Translations under genes and position numbers: made by a program | The notes under the pieces: model-generated | Databases searched by the model: none | What the model was told of the DNA's origin: nothing | Seen by the model: only the letters and a program-made list of their open reading frames with translations | In this document: one piece after another, positions 57,150 to 64,000 of the stretch | Numbering within the stretch: the stretch's first letter is position 1 | How the letters are laid out: every line of letters begins with the position of its first letter | Source of the DNA: Candidatus Micrarchaeota archaeon | GTDB lineage: Archaea; Micrarchaeota; Micrarchaeia; Anstonellales; Bilamarchaeaceae | Direction of reading: 5' to 3' | DNA length: 64,000 nucleotides | NCBI GenBank assembly: GCA_018812625.1 | Contig: JAHJDH010000010.1 | Span: 918-64,917 of the forward strand

Positions 57150-57716
57150 ATGAATAGGATAACAGACTATATTTTTGAAGTTGGAATGCTTAAGAGAGTT
57201 GCAAGAAGCGGATGGTGGGCAGAAAAAATCAAGCATCCAGAAAGCGTTGCAGATCATTCACACAGAACAGCAGTAATCGCATTCATATTAGCAAAACTTG
57301 AGGGCATGAGCGAAAATCAAGCTCGAAAACTATGCACAGCAGCAGTATTTCATGATATGCATGAAACACGATTACTCGACCTTAACAAGATAACTGCCAG
57401 ATACATTGATATTAGAAAAATTGAGGATAAAGTTGAAGCGGATCAGGTTGCAGGAATCCCAAAGGAAGTTAGTAAGTCTATCATCTCTGCACTTGATAGT
57501 CTTACGGATGAAGAGAAAACAATTCTCAAAGATGCAGATAGTCTTGAGTGTGCTTTTCAGGCCAAAGAATATCTAGATATTGGACATGCGGGAACTGCAA
57601 GTTGGATCAAGAATATCGGTCTTAGGCTGAAAACAAAAAGCGCAAAGAAGATATTCTCAAAGATGAAAACCCAGGATTCCAATTCATGGTGGAAAGGATT
57701 GAAGAAGCTTGATTAA
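57150..57716 (+). CDS. HD-domain phosphohydrolase (YfbR-like 5'-nucleotidase)
   Basis: LKRV.RSGW, ESVADHSHR and FHDMHETR (H..HD..E) motifs. Confidence 0.8.
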   Translation: MNRITDYIFEVGMLKRVARSGWWAEKIKHPESVADHSHRTAVIAFILAKLEGMSENQARKLCTAAVFHDMHETRLLDLNKITARYIDIRKIEDKVEADQVAGIPKEVSKSIISALDSLTDEEKTILKDADSLECAFQAKEYLDIGHAGTASWIKNIGLRLKTKSAKKIFSKMKTQDSNSWWKGLKKLD

Positions 57717-57738
57717 TGTAAACTAAAAGTTGACAATC

Positions 57739-57758
57739 GTAAACTTTAAATAGTTTAC
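57739..57758. promoter_or_regulatory. Inverted repeat GTAAACT-TTAAAT-AGTTTAC overlapping the TATA box of the MNT-HEPN operon
   Basis: Perfect 7-bp arms read directly from the sequence. The spacer is the TATA-like element, and the ATG lies 17 nt downstream of the right arm (leaderless geometry). Confidence 0.4.
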
Positions 57759-57774
57759 AATACACAAGTATTTT

Positions 57775-58422
57775 ATGCGCATTTCGGATGAACCAATAGC
57801 AAAAGCAGTGTTCGGCTCCACGCTAAAAAGAAAGATCCTCAGATTCCTATTCAAAGACCAGGAACCAGTCAGCGAAAGAGAATTGTCAAGGATTTTCGGT
57901 GTGAGCCACACGGCAGTCAACAAGGCAATGAAACAGCTTCTTGATCTAAATATCATAAAGGGCAAAACAATAGGAACGGCTTTGGTGTGGGAGATAAACA
58001 AGGATTCGTTTGCTTATCCTCATGTAAAGGCCTTCCTAACTGCTTCTGAGACAAGTCCACTTGAATCACTAAAGGAGACAATAGAATACGAAGTTTCATT
58101 ATACAACCTTATGACTAGTCTTGGTAGAGACAAAAACAAAAAAACTGAGAAGGTCTGGTATCCCTTCATATTGAGGGTTTATATCATAGGATCAGTTGCG
58201 GAAGGAACATCCAAACCAGATAGTGACATTGATGTGTTGTTTGTTATCGAGAATGACTATGACACAGAATATGTCAAAGAATTAATCCATGAAAGAGGGG
58301 TGACAATCCTTGAGAAGTACGGAAATATACTGTCTGCACATTTATATTATGAGAAAGACGTAGAAAGAAACAACCCCAAATGGCTTGGGCAGGCTATAGC
58401 CAATGGAATAAAGGTTGTTTGA
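57775..58422 (+). CDS. wHTH-fused minimal nucleotidyltransferase (MNT, antitoxin-type)
   Basis: N-terminal wHTH (SERELSRIFGVSHTAVNKAMKQL) and the pol-beta NTase motif IGSVAEGTSKPDSDIDVLFVI. Confidence 0.8.
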   Translation: MRISDEPIAKAVFGSTLKRKILRFLFKDQEPVSERELSRIFGVSHTAVNKAMKQLLDLNIIKGKTIGTALVWEINKDSFAYPHVKAFLTASETSPLESLKETIEYEVSLYNLMTSLGRDKNKKTEKVWYPFILRVYIIGSVAEGTSKPDSDIDVLFVIENDYDTEYVKELIHERGVTILEKYGNILSAHLYYEKDVERNNPKWLGQAIANGIKVV

Positions 58423-58850
58423 TGACACGTGTAAAGCATGTATCCAGAGAAAAATTCAAAGGATTCCGAAAGAAAGCAGAAGAAGATTATGAGGGAATGA
58501 TAAGTGAATTTGATCATGGACGCCATAATACTGCAGTGATATTGGCAGTCCATTGTGCAATATCATGGGCAGATGCTTTCACAGTCCACAAACTAGGAAA
58601 AAAATCATCCTCCCAAAATCATGGAGAAGCAATCCTATTACTAAAAGAAGCAAAAGCATCTGACGAAAAAAATAAAGCACTGATTTACAGGTATTTTTTA
58701 CAATTGATACAATTAAAGACGCCTGCTGAATATGAGGATGGTATTCTAAGTAAAAAAGATGCAAAAAAAGCATTACAATTGTGTGAGAGAATTAGGAAAT
58801 TTTTTATTGATGAATTTGAAAAAATCGAAAACCAGATTGAGGGTAGATAA
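58422..58850 (+). CDS. HEPN-domain protein (toxin-type partner of the MNT)
   Basis: All-helical, 142 aa. NTAVILAVHCAISWADA and a KKSSSQNH segment sit where the Rx4-6H motif is expected (Arg replaced by Lys). The ATG overlaps the MNT stop (TGATG). Confidence 0.7.
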   Translation: MTRVKHVSREKFKGFRKKAEEDYEGMISEFDHGRHNTAVILAVHCAISWADAFTVHKLGKKSSSQNHGEAILLLKEAKASDEKNKALIYRYFLQLIQLKTPAEYEDGILSKKDAKKALQLCERIRKFFIDEFEKIENQIEGR

Positions 58851-58934
58851 AAGTACGACTAATTTTATTGTGGGAAAAGAGAGAAAAAGATAGAAATGCT
58901 AATGGTTATAAACGCCAGATGCGTAAAATAATAC

Positions 58935-59570
58935 ATGGGAAGAGAGCTTGTTCAAGGCAATAATGCACTACGCAAACCGTCTAGATCAATCTCCAGACCA
59001 ACACTCTGGCAAAAAGGCCTTCTTGAGAGAATTTTAAAGAAATCAAAAGGTCCCATGGAAAGGCTTGAGACCGAATTTTCAAGGCAGAAAACAGGAGATA
59101 AACTACTTGCTATGAAAAATGCCATCCACATAACACTGCACGAAGAAGGATACAGTAAAGAATTGCGAGCAGGAGTTATTGCAAGGGGGACAAGTGATAC
59201 AACAGACCTAATGTTTACAGCTGCACTTGAGATATTTGAGGATGAGTGCGGAAAACTTTGTGATGATGCTGGAAGAATGGCTGAAGATTTGCTGCTTCGA
59301 GTATCTGAGGAAAGCATTTGTGAAAAACTATCCTACATAAAGCCAACAGATATGCTCTCGAGAGGAACAGAAAGTAAAAGAGAGAGAACAGCAACTGTTC
59401 TGGCCAAAATGTGCCGCCATGTTGCATTCACATCAGACATATTGGTTGAAAAAATAACGGATAATGTTTCGGTATTAAGAGAACATGGCACTGAAATGGA
59501 ACAAAAAGCAGCAGTCGTATTCTTAGATAAAGTGAGGCCCCAGATCATAGATGTCCCTGCAGTGGCTTGA
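58935..59570 (+). CDS. Hypothetical helical protein (211 aa)
   Basis: Intact ORF, 28 nt upstream of the next gene. Helical-repeat-like composition. No recognisable family. Confidence 0.5.
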   Translation: MGRELVQGNNALRKPSRSISRPTLWQKGLLERILKKSKGPMERLETEFSRQKTGDKLLAMKNAIHITLHEEGYSKELRAGVIARGTSDTTDLMFTAALEIFEDECGKLCDDAGRMAEDLLLRVSEESICEKLSYIKPTDMLSRGTESKRERTATVLAKMCRHVAFTSDILVEKITDNVSVLREHGTEMEQKAAVVFLDKVRPQIIDVPAVA

Positions 59571-59598
59571 CGTGGACAGATATAGTTTTTAAAAACAA

Positions 59599-61143
59599 AT
59601 GGATCAGAATGCTGTGATGAACGAAAACTTCAGCGCCAGCCTTAGCAAGATCATGGGGCTTGAGATGACACTTGAAGAGGCATATGCAGAAAATGCAAAA
59701 CTGCCGTTACTTTATTATGAAAATCTTTTCAAATTAACAGAATTTCTAAAAGTAAAAGATCCGGAAAAACGAATTTTTAAGGGGGTTTCAAGTGAGGAAT
59801 TCAGAAATCAGCTGCGAGAACTGGTCGGACTTGTCCATAGCAGAGACATTGGATGCGAAGAAGTAGATTTTTTTAGAAGGATTATTGCTGCTGAAAAATC
59901 ATTTCCAAGAATATTAATCTGGCACAAGATGTTAGAGGAAATAATAGTTAGATCACAAGATGAGGCAGTCTGGAGGGATGCAATGGACATCCTTGCAGTT
60001 CCACTGTATAATGGAGTACATAGGCAAATTGCTGGAACATCGCGAGAAGAGCTTTGTATTGGATGCCTTAAGCGGGTTTATGATGCAGGCGAAGGCCAAA
60101 AACGGAATTTGGCATCGCAGATTCTTGGCGGAGTGCAAAAAATTACCCTAGTTTCAGATGTTCTTGCAGGAGCATTGTTTACAGATGATGTAAAAGTTGC
60201 ACATGAAATTTCATCTGCAATATGCGCAGTGGATGATGAGATTAGCCTTGCTGCAATGGTTGTTTTTTCTAATTTTACTGGAGGCAGATCAGTTCGGATC
60301 ATGGATCGTTTATTGCAACACGGAGAGAGAATAGACCAGGAAGAAGGAAGAAAACAAATGATGCAGATTGTAGTTTCAGGAGAGGAAAATGGATATAAGA
60401 ATGGAGTGTATCTGAAAGTCATACAGGGGATAAGAAAAATCCTTGATGTGAGAAGAATTACACTGCCTCATCCATGGTACGCAGAGCAGCCAAATACAGG
60501 AGGACTTCCAATCCCAACTTTTGCCAGAGATGGAATTCAATTGGCAGCATTTGATACGCTTGCAAAAATGGGAAATGGAGAGGCGTTAGTTACAATGGTT
60601 GATGGAATTGCTCATTTGATCGCACCGCACATACAAGGAATTGAAGAAAACAGGATTAGAGGAGTCCCGCAAGTTGGCAGAGCAGTAAGACCAGTTGCCA
60701 GATCATTTGTTTCACTACTTCAAAATAACGGAGTCTTCAAATCACAAGCAACAGACATTTCAGGGATATTGTTTGGATATCCATCAATTAAAAAAATACA
60801 GGACGTAGAGGCTGGGACATTACTAAGTTTATCGCCAGTTCTCGGAAGGCTTGCTAGTGCTGCTGCTGAAGTTGGAGCAGAAGATGAGTTGATTCCATTA
60901 ATTGCAGGTGAAGGATTTGTTCGCGCAGTGCTGCTGGAAACAGGTGGAAAAGATAGGGATGAGAGAACAAAATTAGTAGGAAGAAACATTAGAAGTTCTC
61001 TTCAAAGCCAAAAACAAATTTTTGGAAATATGTCAGGCCTGCCCAATATGGATACAACGAAAGAATTTCTCAGAACGCTTGCAAGAAACCAGGCAATAGC
61101 AACTAGAATGAAAGCAGGACAAGCCCCAAAGAGATTGAGGTAA
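59599..61143 (+). CDS. Hypothetical large helical-repeat (HEAT/ARM-like) protein (514 aa)
   Basis: Intact ORF with an all-alpha composition and periodic hydrophobic helices. Basic C-terminus. No catalytic motif recognised. Confidence 0.55.
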   Translation: MDQNAVMNENFSASLSKIMGLEMTLEEAYAENAKLPLLYYENLFKLTEFLKVKDPEKRIFKGVSSEEFRNQLRELVGLVHSRDIGCEEVDFFRRIIAAEKSFPRILIWHKMLEEIIVRSQDEAVWRDAMDILAVPLYNGVHRQIAGTSREELCIGCLKRVYDAGEGQKRNLASQILGGVQKITLVSDVLAGALFTDDVKVAHEISSAICAVDDEISLAAMVVFSNFTGGRSVRIMDRLLQHGERIDQEEGRKQMMQIVVSGEENGYKNGVYLKVIQGIRKILDVRRITLPHPWYAEQPNTGGLPIPTFARDGIQLAAFDTLAKMGNGEALVTMVDGIAHLIAPHIQGIEENRIRGVPQVGRAVRPVARSFVSLLQNNGVFKSQATDISGILFGYPSIKKIQDVEAGTLLSLSPVLGRLASAAAEVGAEDELIPLIAGEGFVRAVLLETGGKDRDERTKLVGRNIRSSLQSQKQIFGNMSGLPNMDTTKEFLRTLARNQAIATRMKAGQAPKRLR

Positions 61144-61166
61144 TCAAAGCAATAATTTAAAAAAAA

Positions 61167-61784
61167 TTAGAGTTTTTTTATTATTTTTCCTCTTCCCCGT
61201 TTGAATTTCTTGATCTTCCCAACGGCCTCAAGCTCAGTTAGTATTAAACTCAGTTTTGAATCTGAAAAACCAAGAGTATCCCGAAGTTCTCTTTGAGTTG
61301 TTCGTCCTTCAAAGGATGTAAGAACGTCCATAATTTTTTGTGCATCATCATCCAAGGGTTCTGGTGTTTTTGGCTTTTCAATGTTTTTTGATTTACCATG
61401 CCAAAAATGATTAGACCAGATAAAGATAGCAGAAAGAAAAACTAAAACAAGAATAGCAGTTGGTAACATCAGTTCATTTTCAGCAGGTTTTAGAACAAGA
61501 TCAATTTGTTGATCATCTGATCCTACATGAATATCTTCTTGAGTATGGAGTATTAGATTTCCTGATTCGTCAAAACTACTTGCCGAAATAGTATATTGAC
61601 CCTCTGGAAGAAAAATGGAATAATTCGAGGTGTTAGTAACAAGCTGATATGAGAACTGGCCTTCAATTTTGATTAGAGTTTTATTGAGATCTTCAAGATT
61701 ATTTTGATATATCTGGCCAAAGACGAATGCACAAAACGAACTTGAGATAAGCATTAGAAATGTCAAAATGCCCAATAATCGCAT
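61167..61784 (-). CDS. Membrane-anchored winged-helix regulator (extracellular beta domain - TM - cytoplasmic wHTH)
   Basis: Signal/anchor MRLLGILTFLMLISSSF, a beta-rich approximately 95-aa domain, the TM segment LPTAILVLVFLSAIFIW, and a C-terminal wHTH (TQRELRDTLGFSDSKLSLILTELEAVGKIKK). Confidence 0.65.
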   Translation of the reverse strand: MRLLGILTFLMLISSSFCAFVFGQIYQNNLEDLNKTLIKIEGQFSYQLVTNTSNYSIFLPEGQYTISASSFDESGNLILHTQEDIHVGSDDQQIDLVLKPAENELMLPTAILVLVFLSAIFIWSNHFWHGKSKNIEKPKTPEPLDDDAQKIMDVLTSFEGRTTQRELRDTLGFSDSKLSLILTELEAVGKIKKFKRGRGKIIKKL

Positions 61785-61873
61785 AGGATGATCTGGAATT
61801 TTCTTATTTATAAAGATATTTTAGTAGAAACTTTAGATATAAATACGGAATTTGAAGCTATTTTGTGATTCAA

Positions 61874-63106
61874 ATGAAAAAAATATTATTGAGTTTTCTT
61901 GTGCTAGGACTTTTCCTGGCAATTGGATGCATAGCACAAGAGGAACAGACACCAAAGGAACAAATAGAAGTCAAAGTAGAGAATCTAAGTATCATACCAC
62001 AAGATGGACTAATTACAGTTAGCGGAGATGATCAGATATCAGTTGCTAGGATAAAGGCAAAGAAAGAGTCAAACAAATGGCAATTTCCTCTTGAAGAGCA
62101 TGTTGATGAATTCATTGATGTAGGACTGCATAGCGATACTTTCCTTGTCTTGGACAATAGTCATATCAAAATGCTTGATGAGAACGAATCAATTTGGCTG
62201 ATTCCGATGGTCCAGAGCGGAAATTCAGCAGTTCTCTTTGATGCAGTATATGCAAAAGAAGTTTCTTGTGAGGACAAAAAAACAAACATTCTTGGAAAAG
62301 AATATGATATATCTAAATTTGAAGATGGATCTGGCTTTGAATTTGATGACAAATGGAAAATTGGCCTTGAGAAGGAAAATGATTGCACAAAGAGAATTGT
62401 GATTTATCTTGACGGTTACTTCTATGATTTGAAAGATAATGAGCAGCTCAACTTATTTAGAAATGACAATACAATCTTGTTTAAGTTCAGTAACCTTGAG
62501 GATGAGCCTCTAGTAGAAGTAATAGGAACAAAACCAACAGAAGAATTATCTGAAAACATCATTGTAAAAGATGAGAAAGGAATTTACTTGGAGTTTAGCC
62601 ACCCAATCCCAAAAACATGTTATGGCTGTCTTAATGATGGTTTGCTTGTCGAAGATGGTAAGAGGATTAAAACTGAGATTAATGGGGTTGAATGGATTGT
62701 CACACAACTGGATAATAACACCCTAGAAATAGGATTGGAAGAACAATTCAAAACACTAATGGAATGGGACAATACAACAACAATCCAAACTAGGAATAAG
62801 AGTTGGTATGTAAAAACGCATGAATGCCATGGAGATTTTTGTGATCAGATTTTCACGAACCTAGATGATGAGCAGGAAACAAACAGATTGCATAGTGGTG
62901 AAACGGAATTCATTGATGGTAAGTACGTGCATGTATGGAGTTCGCTAACATGGGGCCCTTTTCCATACCAGTCTACAGTTTCAGTATTGTCAAAACGTAC
63001 CTCAATTAATTCAAGTGAAACGGAGTTTGTCTGGGAAGGAGAAAGTATCTCATCGATCTTCATCCCACAATCAAGCCCCATGTTTGAAAAACTATCCGGT
63101 CAATAA
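61874..63106 (+). CDS. Secreted lipoprotein-like hypothetical protein
   Basis: MKKILLSFLVLGLFLAIGC lipobox-type signal, then a beta-rich 390-aa body. Divergent from the membrane wHTH gene. Confidence 0.55.
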   Translation: MKKILLSFLVLGLFLAIGCIAQEEQTPKEQIEVKVENLSIIPQDGLITVSGDDQISVARIKAKKESNKWQFPLEEHVDEFIDVGLHSDTFLVLDNSHIKMLDENESIWLIPMVQSGNSAVLFDAVYAKEVSCEDKKTNILGKEYDISKFEDGSGFEFDDKWKIGLEKENDCTKRIVIYLDGYFYDLKDNEQLNLFRNDNTILFKFSNLEDEPLVEVIGTKPTEELSENIIVKDEKGIYLEFSHPIPKTCYGCLNDGLLVEDGKRIKTEINGVEWIVTQLDNNTLEIGLEEQFKTLMEWDNTTTIQTRNKSWYVKTHECHGDFCDQIFTNLDDEQETNRLHSGETEFIDGKYVHVWSSLTWGPFPYQSTVSVLSKRTSINSSETEFVWEGESISSIFIPQSSPMFEKLSGQ

Positions 63107-63122
63107 TAGATGAGTTATCCAT

Positions 63123-64000
63123 ATGGGAATCCAAGAGAAAATCAAAGACATAGAAGCTGAAATGGCCAAAACTCAGGTTAACAAAGCAACCGAGTTTCAT
63201 TTGGGAATTCTTAAGGCAAAGCTAGCGAAGCTGCGCCGTGAATTGACAACTCCCAGTGGAACAAGTGGCGGTGGTGGATTTGATATTCGAAAATCCGGGG
63301 ATGCTACAGTAGTTTTAATCGGACTTCCCAGTGTTGGTAAAAGTACTCTTCTAAATAAATTAACAGATGCAAAATCAGAAATTGCAGCATATGCATTTAC
63401 GACGTTAAAATGCATACCTGGAGTTATGAAATACAAGGATGCGAAAATTCAGATTTTGGACCTTCCTGGGATCATAGAGGGTGCAAAAGACGGAAAGGGA
63501 AGGGGACGTGAAATCATTGCAGTTGCGAGAAACGCAGATCTGATTCTTATGATGGTCGAGGCAACCAATATACAGCAAATAAAAATACTCGAAAGCGAAT
63601 TATACGGATTTGGAATTCGGCTGGATAAAAGCCCCCCAAGAGTTTCAATTGCAAAGAATGCAAAGGGGGGCCTTGAGATAAATTCAACTGTAAGACTCAC
63701 AAAAATAAGCCGCAATGAGATAAAAGCTGCAATGACCGAATACAGAATTTTCAATGCAAATATCGTATTGCATGAGAACATAACAATTGATGAATTCATT
63801 GATGTTCTTGAAGGAAATAGAGCATATATGAAGAGCCTCAAAGTATTGACAAAATGTGATTTGAGCAAAAATGAACTTCCAAAGGGATTTGTAAATATCT
63901 CTGCAGGAGACAAAAAAAGCATTGAGAAATTAAAGAAAAAATTATACACTACTCTGGATTTGATAAACATTTATACAAAAAGAAAAGGTGAGAAAGCAGA
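63123..64000 (+). CDS. DRG/Obg-family GTPase (partial, runs off the right edge; absent from the ORF track)
   Basis: My translation is MGIQEKIKDIEAEMAKTQVNKATEFHLGILKAKLAKLRREL..VVLIGLPSVGKSTLLNKLT..YAFTTL..GV..Y....IQILDLPGIIEGA..G.GRG.. It shows G1 (GxPxxGKS), G2 (FTT), G3 (DLPG) and G4-like TKCD motifs. Confidence 0.85.
   Translation, partial: MGIQEKIKDIEAEMAKTQVNKATEFHLGILKAKLAKLRRELTTPSGTSGGGGFDIRKSGDATVVLIGLPSVGKSTLLNKLTDAKSEIAAYAFTTLKCIPGVMKYKDAKIQILDLPGIIEGAKDGKGRGREIIAVARNADLILMMVEATNIQQIKILESELYGFGIRLDKSPPRVSIAKNAKGGLEINSTVRLTKISRNEIKAAMTEYRIFNANIVLHENITIDEFIDVLEGNRAYMKSLKVLTKCDLSKNELPKGFVNISAGDKKSIEKLKKKLYTTLDLINIYTKRKGEKA

Noticed and set aside
63197-63970. Two minus-strand ORFs (79 and 173 aa) listed in the track at the right edge.
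   Set aside because: The plus strand here encodes an unmistakable DRG/Obg GTPase (G1-G4 motifs) that has no stop in the window, so it is missing from the track. The minus ORFs are its shadows.
1-64000. A search for CRISPR arrays, cas genes, transposases, integrases, reverse transcriptases, inteins or recoded stop codons.
   Set aside because: I recognised none by eye. All long genes are intact under the standard code and have normal family lengths.

Overview
This is a gene-dense 64 kb window from an AT-rich archaeon. It is possibly a small-genome or DPANN-like lineage, but that is inference only.

The archaeal call rests on these markers:
- Ribosomal proteins uL1, P0 and P1, plus uS10 and eL41.
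- Two intron-containing tRNAs: Tyr with a C1:G72 pair, and Asp with an intron in the D-loop.
- A solitary 5S rRNA.
- FEN-1, aMBF1, class I LysRS, archaeal-type ThrRS, geranylgeranyl reductase, Dph6-like protein, KsgA/Dim1 and DUF357.
- TATA boxes about 25 nt upstream of many starts.

Core content:
- carA-carB-argF.
- Scattered purine genes: a purN-like gene, purH and purM.
- A ribose-1,5-bisphosphate isomerase and AMP phosphorylase pair.
- grpE-dnaK-(extra J-domain gene)-dnaJ behind a wHTH regulator.
- A dtxR-feoB-PHP-ZIP metal operon with a near-consensus iron box on its TATA box.
- Two Lrp/AsnC regulators.
- Several lipobox-type secreted proteins.

Accessory or unexplained content:
- A decayed islet at 26.7-29.3 kb. 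It holds an orphan half-HsdS remnant and a tight three-gene cassette (AbrB-like, acylphosphatase-fold plus coiled coil, Panacea/DUF4065-like). This cassette is my best candidate for an undescribed TA or defence module.
- A wHTH-MNT/HEPN pair followed by two unrecognisable helical-repeat proteins.
- A secreted protein with two PSI-like cysteine knots.
- Two proteins with histone-H1-like lysine tails.
- A free-standing half-degenerate LAGLIDADG protein.
- Several strong palindromes and hairpins in intergenic DNA.

I saw no CRISPR array, transposase, integrase or reverse transcriptase.

Two genes are missing from the supplied ORF track: eL41 (37 aa) and a DRG-family GTPase that runs off the right edge.

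All family assignments come from motif recognition by eye and need HMM or structure confirmation.
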